A stretch of DNA of 20,000 bases from IMG/VR virus record IMGVR_UViG_3300033066_002227. One strand, given 5' to 3'. A program made the translations under genes and the position numbers. The DNA comes from an uncultured virus (IMG/VR IMGVR_UViG_3300033066_002227) (taxonomy: Duplodnaviria; Heunggongvirae; Uroviricota; Caudoviricetes). Of the stretch, positions 1 through 8,565 are shown piece by piece; within the stretch, counting starts at the first letter, position 1; each line of letters begins with the position of its first letter. Under the pieces are notes generated by a model. The model made no database searches. It worked only from the letters and a program-made list of their open reading frames with translations, and was not told the origin of the DNA.

Positions 1-2
1 TT

Positions 3-680
3 ATATGGAAAGATTACAAGAATATTATTGCTGTTCACTCTGATGAAACTAATGGTGAAATCAAGTTTGATAAAAATACTTTCACTCCACTCAAAATTAG
101 CGATAAGCATAATAATTTAATTGAGCAAATAAAAGAAGATACAAATAAAAGTATTTTGCTATATGGCAATCCTGGCACAGGAAAAACTGAATTGGCTAAA
201 ACATTAGTTGCTAAATTCAATAAGAAAACAATATTTCTTTCAGCTAAAACCCCTTATGTTTTAACTATGTTAAATAGTTTAAGGCCAGAAATTATTATTG
301 TTGATGATTTAGAATATTTAAATGATGAAAACTCTCTTATAAAAATAATAGAATGGGCTAGGCAAAATTGCTTTTTAACTGTTGGCATTTCTAATACTTT
401 AGATTTTAAAAATCAAGCCTTGCTAAGACCAGGTAGATTTGATATATTATATAAAATTGATTCATTTACAAATGATGAAATTCTATCATTATTAGAGAAT
501 GATCAATATTTATTTGATCGTGCAAAAGAACTACCTGTAGCTTATTTAGTAGAGCTTAAAAGAAGAAAGAGATATTGTAAATCTAAAGAAGATTTAGATT
601 TAGAAATTCAAGAATTGAAAAATCGTTACGAGTTATGCAAAACTCTTAATTTAGAAGAGGAAAAGGAATCATTAAAATGA
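3..680 (+). CDS. AAA+ family ATPase (5'-truncated by window edge)
   Basis: Frame is open from position 3 (IWKDYKNII...[14 protein letters not shown]). Walker A GNPGTGKT, Walker B IIIVDD, and second-region-of-homology motif ALLRPGRFD of classic AAA proteins. TGA overlaps the next ATG (ATGA 677-680). Confidence 0.9.
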   Translation: MWKDYKNIIAVHSDETNGEIKFDKNTFTPLKISDKHNNLIEQIKEDTNKSILLYGNPGTGKTELAKTLVAKFNKKTIFLSAKTPYVLTMLNSLRPEIIIVDDLEYLNDENSLIKIIEWARQNCFLTVGISNTLDFKNQALLRPGRFDILYKIDSFTNDEILSLLENDQYLFDRAKELPVAYLVELKRRKRYCKSKEDLDLEIQELKNRYELCKTLNLEEEKESLK

Positions 681-1136
681 TTGGAATAATTGCTGCCGTT
701 TCTACTAATGGCGTTATAGGATTAAATAATCAACTTCCTTTTGATTATCCTGAAGATTTAAAACACTTTAAAGAAACCACACTAAACTCCACTATAATTA
801 TGGGTAGAAAAACATTTGAACGGTATTGGTAAAGCTCTGCCAAAAAGAAGAAACATTGTAATATCATCTAAAAAAATAGATGTGCCAAATATAGAAACCT
901 TTTCTTCTATAAAAAAAGCAATATCTTCAGCAACAACTGATGTTTGGTTAATTGGTGGAGATTCTATTTATGCTGAGGGTATGGAGTATGCAAGCAAAAT
1001 ATTATTAACAATTACTCCAGATATAATTATTGGCGATGTTGTAAGATTTCCTTGGATTCATCCATTGAAATTTGTAGTTACAAATACAAAATATATTTCA
1101 GATAAATTAGAAGTATTAACTTATACAAAAATTTAA
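677..1136 (+). pseudogene. folA: Dihydrofolate reductase interrupted by a +1 frameshift (pseudogene or sequence error)
   Basis: ATG 677 reads [48 protein letters not shown], then RYW and TAA at 830-832. The +1 frame continues [15 protein letters not shown]...VWLIGGDSIY. Deleting C821 gives a continuous 152-aa DHFR. Confidence 0.9.
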
Positions 1137-1148
1137 GGATTAAAAAAA

Positions 1149-1514
1149 ATGTGGACAGAATTTATGGACATGCATTCAGGTGGTGGAACAAAATGCTACT
1201 ATGATAAAATTTATATTGAGGGAACTGCATATGAAGCAATGCAAGATTTCGTTAAAATCTTTAATAGAGATCCAGGAAATACAACGTGTGATACTTGTGG
1301 CGAAGACTTTTCAATTTCAACTTATGCCTCATTAGAAGATTCTTATTATTATAATTCATATTTTTTTCAAAAAAATGGTCAAGTGTCTCTTGAAAAACAT
1401 TATGGGCGTGAAAAGCTCATAGGCAATCATATAATTATATATAAAGACCAAATTGACACTATTGTTAATATGGGCATTGAAAATTACATTAAAAAAATAA
1501 ATGTGTTAGCATGA
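1149..1514 (+). CDS. Hypothetical protein with CxxC motif and C-terminal KK-x5 tag (IKKINVLA*)
   Basis: 121-aa ORF with AAGGA RBS upstream, CDTC motif and ATGA overlap with the next gene. Confidence 0.75.
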   Translation: MWTEFMDMHSGGGTKCYYDKIYIEGTAYEAMQDFVKIFNRDPGNTTCDTCGEDFSISTYASLEDSYYYNSYFFQKNGQVSLEKHYGREKLIGNHIIIYKDQIDTIVNMGIENYIKKINVLA

Positions 1515-1813
1515 TTACAAAATCCGTTTGCACATTATTTACAAAATCTGAACTCATAAAAATTATGAATCAAGATTATTCTCAAATAAAATCTTGGTCA
1601 ATGTTGACTAATAATAAATTAAATGATTATAATATTTTAAAAGATTCTGGTCAATTAGATAGAATACTTATTTACTATTTAAAATATAATAGAATTGTTG
1701 CATTTATTTCATTTTCTTATGAAATAAATGATAATAAAATTACTAATTTTGTTTTGAATGAAATTAAACCATATTCACTAATTGATATTAAAAAAAGGAT
1801 TATGTTAATTTAA
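1511..1813 (+). CDS. Hypothetical protein with C-terminal KK-x5 tag (IKKRIMLI*)
   Basis: 100-aa ORF coupled to both neighbours (ATGA and TAATG overlaps). Confidence 0.7.
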   Translation: MITKSVCTLFTKSELIKIMNQDYSQIKSWSMLTNNKLNDYNILKDSGQLDRILIYYLKYNRIVAFISFSYEINDNKITNFVLNEIKPYSLIDIKKRIMLI

Positions 1814-2274
1814 TGAAAGAGTTATTAAATAAAATAATTAAAAATATATTTATATCTGAGGGAGAGTCACATATAAAATTTATACTTTCTGATAATTCAG
1901 AAATGATTTATGCAACAAATGGCGATTGCTGTTCAGAAACTTGGTTTTCAGATTTTACAGGAATAGATTGTCTTATTAATGAAGAAATTTTTGAAATAGA
2001 AGAATTAGAATTGCCATATGATGGCGAAATGCTTTTAGCACAAAGATCTCGTCAAGAAGAAGATAAATTGTATGGCTATTGTTTTAAAACCCAAAAAGGT
2101 TATGCAACGCTAGAATATAGAAATTCTTCAAATGGCTATTATGGTGGAAGTTGTGGTTTAATTATTCCTAAACCTGATGATCTTGACTATTATTATAAGG
2201 GTTTATATAACGATTATCAAGAAAAGAAAAATGAGATAATATTTCATGAAATAAAAGATGATTGGAGTGCGTAA
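1813..2274 (+). CDS. Conserved phage hypothetical protein (DCC...SNGYYG type)
   Basis: Motifs GDCCSETWF and YRNSSNGYYGG resemble a widespread uncharacterised phage family (from recall, not searched). Confidence 0.7.
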   Translation: MKELLNKIIKNIFISEGESHIKFILSDNSEMIYATNGDCCSETWFSDFTGIDCLINEEIFEIEELELPYDGEMLLAQRSRQEEDKLYGYCFKTQKGYATLEYRNSSNGYYGGSCGLIIPKPDDLDYYYKGLYNDYQEKKNEIIFHEIKDDWSA

Positions 2275-2380
2275 AAACTATCAATTACTTGATATATCTA
2301 TAGTAGAACTCGCAAACTAAATTCTCTAAATTCGCAAAAGAAAAATATCAATAAAGCAACTAAAAGCTCGATTATATTTC

Positions 2381-2417
2381 AACTCTTTTCCAAATTGGAG
2401 AAGAGTTTTTTGTTTTT
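2381..2417 (+). terminator. Rho-independent terminator
   Basis: Stem AACTCTTTTCCA / TGGAGAAGAGTT (one G-U pair) with a 3-nt loop, followed by TTTTGTTTTT. Confidence 0.75.
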
Positions 2418-2423
2418 AAAAGA

Positions 2424-2452
2424 ATGACAAGAATCCGCGACAACGCTATAAT
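2424..2452 (+). promoter_or_regulatory. Sigma70-type promoter for recA
   Basis: ATGACA (2424-2429), 17-nt spacer, TATAAT (2447-2452). AGGTGA RBS at 2461-2466 precedes ATG 2473. Confidence 0.7.
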
Positions 2453-2472
2453 TCAAGTACAGGTGAACGCAC

Positions 2473-3627
2473 ATGAATAAGTCTCTCGAAAAATTTCTTT
2501 CATCATTAAGTGACGAAGATAGTTTAGGATTTTCAATAGCGTCTTCAAGACGCGCCAAAATAGAAGCAATATCAACGGGATGTCATACATTAGATGACGC
2601 CTTAAGTTGTGGCGGATTCCCAAAGGGTAGGGTCTCACAATTATATGGTGAGCCAGGGTCATCTAAAACACTTGTAAGTATGCTTACAATAATCTCAGCT
2701 CAATCTGCAGATCCTGAAGCAGTCCAAATCTTTTATGATGCTGAACAATCATTTGATATTGATTGGTTTGAATCTTTAGGTGGTGATTGTGATCGTCTAA
2801 TTTTGGTTGATGATGATAGTGCTGCTCTAGGAGCCAAACTAATAGAGTCATTGGTTGGTATTCCTCGCGATGATGGCAAAGGCAAAAAACAAGAAGGTGT
2901 TCTTGATAAGATTGCTAAAAAAGAACTTAATTGCAATTTAATTGTAATTGATAGTTTAGGCGCTATAATTCCACCTCTTGAAGAAAGAGCAAAAGTAACT
3001 ACCAATAATATTGGTTTGTTAGCTAGATTTTTAACAACTAATATGAAAAAAGTTGCTTTAGAAGTCAAAAAAGCTAATGTAGTATTAATTGTTATTAACC
3101 ATAAAAAAGAAGGTATGGATATGTATGGTCCAGACCATACATTCTCAGGTGGTAATGCTTATACACATTTCTTATCAGCTAATATTTACCTTCGTCCAGT
3201 TAAATCAAAAGACTCAGCCATCTTAGATGAGAAAGAAAGAAAAGTTGGTGGCAAAGTTGCTTTTACAATTGAAAAGTCAAAATTTGGTCCTTGGCCAAGA
3301 AAAGGTGAATATAAAATTAATTATGCGACAGGATTCGTTGATGTACATGAACAAGTTGCTACATTAGCAATTGACTACGATGTTATTAAAAGACCAAACA
3401 ATGTCACTTATCTTTATGGAGAAGAATCTTTTAGAGGTATAGAGGCTCTTTATACAGCAGTTAAAGAAAAAGAAGGTTTTAAAGAAGAATTATTGACAAA
3501 GATAAATGAAGCGAGAGCTTCAAAAAAGAACATATCAACATCTGATTCCACTGAAAGTGAGGAAGAAAGCGTGGAGGAATCTGATGTTGTTGAAACAAAG
3601 AGGGGAAGAAAAAAGAAAGATGCATGA
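2473..3627 (+). CDS. recA: RecA/UvsX-family recombinase
   Basis: ISTGCHTLDDALSCGGFPKGRVSQLYGEPGSSKT (RecA N-terminal core and P-loop), FYDAEQSFD, Walker B IVIDSLGA, and SGGNA motif. Acidic then basic C-terminal tail. Confidence 0.93.
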   Translation: MNKSLEKFLSSLSDEDSLGFSIASSRRAKIEAISTGCHTLDDALSCGGFPKGRVSQLYGEPGSSKTLVSMLTIISAQSADPEAVQIFYDAEQSFDIDWFESLGGDCDRLILVDDDSAALGAKLIESLVGIPRDDGKGKKQEGVLDKIAKKELNCNLIVIDSLGAIIPPLEERAKVTTNNIGLLARFLTTNMKKVALEVKKANVVLIVINHKKEGMDMYGPDHTFSGGNAYTHFLSANIYLRPVKSKDSAILDEKERKVGGKVAFTIEKSKFGPWPRKGEYKINYATGFVDVHEQVATLAIDYDVIKRPNNVTYLYGEESFRGIEALYTAVKEKEGFKEELLTKINEARASKKNISTSDSTESEEESVEESDVVETKRGRKKKDA

Positions 3628-3740
3628 TTGACATCTTAGTTTAAAGAACTAACTTGTAATCATGAGAAACAAGATGGCTCGCAATGAAGCAGGCTTCTTA
3701 AATTGTAATATAATAAAACACGCAAATAAAAAGGAAACAA

Positions 3741-4433
3741 ATGAGTATTAAACAAGGTGAAGTAAGCTGGGGTGAAGATACTGGAACTACAAAGCAATGG
3801 AATGGTGGCTCAGGTGGTAAAGATACCTTTCTTCGTTTAGAAAAAGGTAAAAACAACGTAAGAGTGATTACAAACCCATTCCAATATGTTGTACATTATT
3901 ACAAACCAAATGTTGATCCAGCTAAAGCTACAAAGACTGACAAATATGGTCATCGTATTATGTGCTCAAGAGCCCATGGTGAATGCCCAGTTTGCAAAGC
4001 TGGAGACAAGCCACAATTAAAATATCTATGTGGTTTGATTGATCGTAAAACTGGAACCTATAAAATTCTAGATTTCTCAACACAAATTTTCAAAGGTATA
4101 AAAGTATATAATGATGACCCAGATTGGGGTCCTCCACAAAACTACGATTTAGATATCGTTGTTGACCCAAGTGGTGGACCATCAGGATACTACAAAGTTG
4201 TTGCTAAACCAGCTAAAGCTTTGACTGCTAATGATCAATTAATTATTGACTCATTAGATTTAGATGAACTTCGTCGTAGAGCTACTGCACCAGAACCCGC
4301 TAAAGTAAAAGAGAAGTTTGATGCAATCCTAAAAGGATTAACATTAGTTGGAAATAACGCAATGTCTTCTTCAGAAGATACAGCTGAATTTCCTGATGCT
4401 GATCATCAACAAACAAATGCTGCACCATTCTAA
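3741..4433 (+). CDS. Phage single-stranded DNA-binding protein (T4 gp32-like)
   Basis: FLRLEKGKNNVRVI, H...C...CPVC zinc ligands, LIDR...KILDF, YDLDI, and an acidic tail ending in PF. Lies directly after recA, with AAGGA RBS. Confidence 0.75.
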   Translation: MSIKQGEVSWGEDTGTTKQWNGGSGGKDTFLRLEKGKNNVRVITNPFQYVVHYYKPNVDPAKATKTDKYGHRIMCSRAHGECPVCKAGDKPQLKYLCGLIDRKTGTYKILDFSTQIFKGIKVYNDDPDWGPPQNYDLDIVVDPSGGPSGYYKVVAKPAKALTANDQLIIDSLDLDELRRRATAPEPAKVKEKFDAILKGLTLVGNNAMSSSEDTAEFPDADHQQTNAAPF

Positions 4434-4448
4434 AATGAATGAATAATT

Positions 4449-4483
4449 AAAAAGGCAAGAGATTAATCTCTTGCCTTTTTTTT
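4449..4483. terminator. Rho-independent (bidirectional-type) terminator
   Basis: Perfect 32-bp palindrome AAAAAGGCAAGAGATT/AATCTCTTGCCTTTTT running into a T-tract, just after the SSB stop. Confidence 0.9.
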
Positions 4484-4516
4484 GTTTATATAATAGTATT
4501 TAGTTGAAGGAAAATA

Positions 4517-4741
4517 ATGATTAAATTAATGTATCATATGAATGATGAAGTAAAAAACTTTGGTAATTTTTATTCAAGAGAAGAGGCTGGCGAACAAATA
4601 TTAAAAAGCCTTAAGCTATGGAACAATGATCTTTATAGTGAAAAAGATGTTAATTTAATAAAATTCATAAATGATAATGATTGGCAAAATGCTAATAAAG
4701 AATGGCGTAAAGTTTCTGGTGAATATTGGACATTTGAATAA
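4517..4741 (+). CDS. Hypothetical protein
   Basis: 74-aa ORF with GAAGGA RBS. Has no KK-x5 tag. Confidence 0.65.
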   Translation: MIKLMYHMNDEVKNFGNFYSREEAGEQILKSLKLWNNDLYSEKDVNLIKFINDNDWQNANKEWRKVSGEYWTFE

Positions 4742-4790
4742 TAAATCGCGATAAATTTAATAAATTACGATAAATTGTTATATTCTTGTT

Positions 4791-5315
4791 ATGACAAGAA
4801 TAATTGGATTTGATGTGTCGTCTCAAAATATAGGCTGGGGCGTTTTTGATTATGAAAAAAATAATAAATCATCTATTAAATTAATAGATTCTGGCGTTAT
4901 CAAACCTTCTAAAAAAGGCTCAACATTAGGCAAGCTAAAAGATGCACAAAATAAAGTATTAGCTGTATTAGATAAATTTAAACCAGATGAAGCTGCAATA
5001 GAAGATATTATTAAATTTATGAAAAACAAAAGTACAGCTAATACTGTTATTGCTTTAGCATCATTTAATAGAATGGTTTGTTTATCTTGTTGGGATAAAA
5101 TTGGCAAAGAGCCAAGTTTGCTAGCTGTAATGACAATTCGTAGCGCTATAAAGCTTAATAAATCATTACCAAAAAAAGATGAAATTCCCAAAGTTATTGA
5201 AGCTCATTTAGGTATAAAATTTCCTTGGATTATGCATAATAATAAAATTAGCTCATCATCATATGATATGTCGGATGGCATTGCTGTTGCCCTCGCTAAG
5301 ATATTGAAATCTTGA
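4791..5315 (+). CDS. ruvC: RuvC-like Holliday junction resolvase
   Basis: IIGFDVSS...GWGV (first catalytic Asp), AAIED (catalytic Glu), C-terminal DMSDGIAVA (DxxD). Sits in a recombination gene cluster. Confidence 0.85.
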   Translation: MTRIIGFDVSSQNIGWGVFDYEKNNKSSIKLIDSGVIKPSKKGSTLGKLKDAQNKVLAVLDKFKPDEAAIEDIIKFMKNKSTANTVIALASFNRMVCLSCWDKIGKEPSLLAVMTIRSAIKLNKSLPKKDEIPKVIEAHLGIKFPWIMHNNKISSSSYDMSDGIAVALAKILKS

Positions 5316-5319
5316 GGAC

Positions 5320-5348
5320 TTGACGCGGCCTATTTGCGTGGCTATATT
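5320..5348 (+). promoter_or_regulatory. Sigma70-type promoter
   Basis: TTGACG (5320-5325), 17-nt GC-rich spacer, TATATT (5343-5348), upstream of ATG 5385. Confidence 0.65.
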
Positions 5349-5384
5349 GTCATGGGCCATAAGTGCCAGAAACCTTGGGATTAA

Positions 5385-5864
5385 ATGATTAATGATATAA
5401 CTTGGCTATCTGATCATATTAAAATTATTAATGATATTTATACTCTAAATCTAAATTTAGATGAATATTTATTACTACATAAAAGCCTAGAGCATTTAAG
5501 TGGTGATCGTATTAGATTTAGAATTGAGTTTAATAAAAAAACTATTGGTGGTATAATGTATACTGATTGGTGTTGTTGCACTTATTTATGGTTTATCCCC
5601 AATAAATTTATTACAAAAGAAAAATTAATGCTTTTAGATAAAAATAAATATTTTATGCCGGTATCAATTACCGTGCCACTTATTACAAATAATTTATTAA
5701 ATATGAATTTTATTGAAGATTTAGTTAAGATTTATGGCAGAAGTCAAAATTGCTTAAAAGCAATTATAGAATTATTTAGCACTTCAGAACATAAATTTTA
5801 TCTTGATATTTTAAAACAACATAATACATTTAAAAAATTACTAATGGTACAAAATGACTTCTAA
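5385..5864 (+). CDS. Hypothetical protein with extended KK tag (FKKLLMVQNDF*)
   Basis: 159-aa ORF overlapping the next gene by 11 nt. Confidence 0.7.
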   Translation: MINDITWLSDHIKIINDIYTLNLNLDEYLLLHKSLEHLSGDRIRFRIEFNKKTIGGIMYTDWCCCTYLWFIPNKFITKEKLMLLDKNKYFMPVSITVPLITNNLLNMNFIEDLVKIYGRSQNCLKAIIELFSTSEHKFYLDILKQHNTFKKLLMVQNDF

Positions 5865-6345
5865 AGAAGAATTAAATAATTTTATTTCTTTTATTCAAGA
5901 TAAATCTGTAAAACTAGCCTCACATTTAACTTTGGATTTATCAAAAGAAGAAATAGAAGAGCTTGTAGATGATTGCTTTCTTTCATCAATAGAAATTACT
6001 ACTATATCAAATGTAAGAAGATTGTCAACACATTTACTTTTCGTAATTAAAACACCATTTGATAAAACTAATAACATTTCTGGTATTAATTTGAATCTTG
6101 TCGATGATAAATATTTTATATTAACAAATTATTTTGTACCCTTTATTACTTTTAGTACTTATAATATTGGTTTCATTAAAACGTTAGATATGTTTAATTT
6201 TAAGCACCTTAAAAAATCAGATATTTTTAAAAAAATAAATGAAGCATTAGACAATAACAAAGAGTTTACCCAAATAAAAGCAATTGCAATGAAAAATCCA
6301 GAATACAAAAAAATCATGTTAATACAGGATGATGATAAAAAATGA
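5854..6345 (+). CDS. Hypothetical protein with extended KK tag (YKKIMLIQDDDKK*)
   Basis: 163-aa ORF. Weak similarity to the previous ORF (DK/NKYF....VP.IT). ATGA overlap with dnaJ. Confidence 0.7.
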   Translation: MTSKEELNNFISFIQDKSVKLASHLTLDLSKEEIEELVDDCFLSSIEITTISNVRRLSTHLLFVIKTPFDKTNNISGINLNLVDDKYFILTNYFVPFITFSTYNIGFIKTLDMFNFKHLKKSDIFKKINEALDNNKEFTQIKAIAMKNPEYKKIMLIQDDDKK

Positions 6346-7319
6346 ATCCAGATCAAGCATTTGAAATTCTAGGACTTGATAAAGAAAATAGTTCAACTGA
6401 TGAAATTAATAAAACCTTTAGAAAATTAGGAGCCAAATATCATCCTGACGCTAACAAAGACCCAGACGCAGAAAAGAAATTCAAAGAAATAAATGAAGCC
6501 AAAACTGTTGCTTTAGACTTTTTAGAGAATCCTGGTAAATATAATCCTCAATTTCCTGGATTTAATGGATTTGATTTTAGCGGGTTTAATCCATTTGCAG
6601 ATTTATTTAATCATGGCAATTTTCAAAGACAAAGAGAAGTTCATAATGTTTCTATTGCTGAAACAATTACATTTGAAGAGTCTATTCTTGGTTGCGATAA
6701 AGAAATTGAATTTCGCAGAGATGTAAAATGTACAGTTTGTAATGGTGAAGCTGGCAAGAAAAAGTCAAATGGTTGTAAAGACTGTAATGGTTTTGGTCAA
6801 AAAACTGTTAGACAAGGCAACATAACGTTTGCTGCACCATGCCAAACATGTAGGGGCAGAAATGTTAAATTTGATAATTGCACCAATTGCAACGGTAAGG
6901 GTGTTAAGCCTGAAATTAAAAAGTTAAATATCAAAATTCCAGCCGGAATTGAAACGGGAAATATTCTCAGTTTAAATCAAGCTGGCAATTTTGCTCAAAC
7001 ATCCCCAATGGGTGACTTTTATTCAAATGTACATATTCATCTTTCTGTAAAACCTCACGCTACCTTTAAAAAAGTAGATAATGACGTTGTAACAAGTATA
7101 AATATTTCATTGCTTGATGCCTTAAAAGGATTAAAAATTAATGTTCCAACTGTATATGGCGATAAAGAATTAAATATTTTCAAAAATGTTAAAAATAAAG
7201 ATTTAATTTCAATTAAAAATTGTGGTGTTAAAAACAAAGGTGATCATGTAGTTGAGATTAATATTGATTATCCAAAAGACACAGAGTCTTTAATTGAACT
7301 TTTAGAAAAATCAAAATGA
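6342..7319 (+). CDS. dnaJ: DnaJ (Hsp40) co-chaperone, class A
   Basis: J-domain with HPD (KYHPDANKDPDAEKKFKEINEA), G/F-rich linker, four CxxCxGxG-type repeats (CTVCNG, CKDCNGFG, CQTCRG, CTNCNGKG) and C-terminal domain (IKIPAGI, VPTVYG, GDHVV). Confidence 0.95.
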   Translation: MNPDQAFEILGLDKENSSTDEINKTFRKLGAKYHPDANKDPDAEKKFKEINEAKTVALDFLENPGKYNPQFPGFNGFDFSGFNPFADLFNHGNFQRQREVHNVSIAETITFEESILGCDKEIEFRRDVKCTVCNGEAGKKKSNGCKDCNGFGQKTVRQGNITFAAPCQTCRGRNVKFDNCTNCNGKGVKPEIKKLNIKIPAGIETGNILSLNQAGNFAQTSPMGDFYSNVHIHLSVKPHATFKKVDNDVVTSINISLLDALKGLKINVPTVYGDKELNIFKNVKNKDLISIKNCGVKNKGDHVVEINIDYPKDTESLIELLEKSK

Positions 7320-7600
7320 TAACTTATCGCATAACACTTAAATCAACTTTGAAATATACGCTAGATTATAATGAGCCATTTTCTGATATCCCAGTAAATC
7401 AACATGATACTTTAGTAAAATTAATTACTAAAATATTATTAAGGAATAGTACTCATTATCATTTCAATGATTTTGAACTTCTCAATAATTCTGAGATAAT
7501 TATTGTAAAATTAGATAATTTTAAATATATTGAAACTGTAAATAAAGAAGAATTTAATAAAGCTTATTTAGAAGCTAAGAAATTGGCAATGCTAAAATGA
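7316..7600 (+). CDS. Hypothetical protein, KK-x5 tag (AKKLAMLK*)
   Basis: 94-aa ORF, ATGA-coupled on both sides. Confidence 0.75.
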   Translation: MITYRITLKSTLKYTLDYNEPFSDIPVNQHDTLVKLITKILLRNSTHYHFNDFELLNNSEIIIVKLDNFKYIETVNKEEFNKAYLEAKKLAMLK

Positions 7601-7899
7601 AATTATATTATTCAGGAATAAGATCAGCATTTGAGCCAATATCAAATTATATTGATTTTCAAAATATTGAAATTGAATTAAATAATAAATATGATAAATT
7701 GAGATTGCGTACTCCTTTAGAAAGTCATTTATATATTTTTTATTTTGAATATAATTTCACAATAGATAAATTATTTCAAGAGGATTTTTCAATTCTATCT
7801 GTTGACACAGAAACTAAAGAATATGAGTGGTTAACTATTAATGATGAAATAGTTAAAAAAGCTCTTATAAAATGTAAGAAAAGAGCTTTATTATTATGA
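7597..7899 (+). CDS. Hypothetical protein, KK-x5 tag (CKKRALLL*); paralog family A
   Basis: 100-aa ORF with an MKLYYS start and HLxxFY motif shared with the next two genes. Confidence 0.75.
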   Translation: MKLYYSGIRSAFEPISNYIDFQNIEIELNNKYDKLRLRTPLESHLYIFYFEYNFTIDKLFQEDFSILSVDTETKEYEWLTINDEIVKKALIKCKKRALLL

Positions 7900-8204
7900 A
7901 GTTATATTTTTCTTCAACTAATTATAATGAACTAATTTCTACTAAAGATCGAGTTTTAAATATTCTTGATGATGACTGTAGACAGGAGGTTGAGTATTAT
8001 TATAATGATGATAATTATAATAATTTAAATAAACATTTAACAACTTTTTATATAATCTCATCATTTAAAGATGAAATCTTTGATAAAAGTTGGAGACTTA
8101 TATGTGTAGATTTAGAAAATAAAACTTCAGAAATGTTTTCTTTAGAAGATCCAATTATTACAAAAGCTTTAGCTGATGCTAAAAAGCTAGCTATGTTGCT
8201 TTAA
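7896..8204 (+). CDS. Hypothetical protein, KK-x5 tag (AKKLAMLL*); paralog family A
   Basis: 102-aa ORF: MKLYFSS, YNDDNYNNLNKHLTTFYII, WRLIC, DPIITKA. Confidence 0.8.
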   Translation: MKLYFSSTNYNELISTKDRVLNILDDDCRQEVEYYYNDDNYNNLNKHLTTFYIISSFKDEIFDKSWRLICVDLENKTSEMFSLEDPIITKALADAKKLAMLL

Positions 8205-8218
8205 ATAAAGAAGATTTT

Positions 8219-8512
8219 ATGAAAAAATTATATTTTTCTTCAATTTATTATTTAGAAAATAAAAATCTTCGCGCAAAGATTCCATCTGTATTAGAATCTT
8301 ATAATGAAGATAAAAATTTTAATAATTTAATTAATCACTTAATGGCCTTCTATATTATAGAAGGTAATACAGAAATTTTTCTTCCAGATTGGCGAATTAT
8401 ATGCTTATATGTAGAATCAACATCTGTTAAACATATAGAAATATTTGCTTTAAACGACCCTTTTATTCAAAAATCTTATTTAGAAGCTAAAAAGCTGGCG
8501 ATGCTTCTTTAA
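8219..8512 (+). CDS. Hypothetical protein, KK-x5 tag (AKKLAMLL*); paralog family A
   Basis: 97-aa ORF: MKKLYFSS, YNEDKNFNNLINHLMAFYII, WRIIC, DPFIQKS. Clear paralog of 7896..8204. Confidence 0.8.
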   Translation: MKKLYFSSIYYLENKNLRAKIPSVLESYNEDKNFNNLINHLMAFYIIEGNTEIFLPDWRIICLYVESTSVKHIEIFALNDPFIQKSYLEAKKLAMLL

Positions 8513-8536
8513 AGATCTTGCTATCTTAGTTAGAAG

Positions 8537-8565
8537 ATATACACTCATAGGTAGGAGTGTATATG
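8537..8565 (+). promoter_or_regulatory. RBS/start-sequestering mRNA hairpin
   Basis: Perfect 10-bp stem ATATACACTC (8537-8546) / GAGTGTATAT (8555-8564) overlaps the AGGAG RBS (8553-8557) and ATG 8563. Confidence 0.6.

Noticed and set aside
816..1136. ORF-track call of an independent 106-aa protein starting at TTG 816
   Set aside because: It is the 3' half of the frameshifted DHFR that begins at 677.
3624..3740. TTGACA at 3628 and possible small ORF remnant between recA and SSB
   Set aside because: No acceptable -10 at 16-18 nt spacing, and candidate frames are broken by stops.
35..7237. Minus-strand ORFs 35..220, 2453..2662, 2733..3068, 4850..5191, 5895..6077, 6159..6356 and 7055..7237
   Set aside because: They lie antisense to well-supported plus-strand genes and have no recognisable motifs, so they are shadow ORFs.
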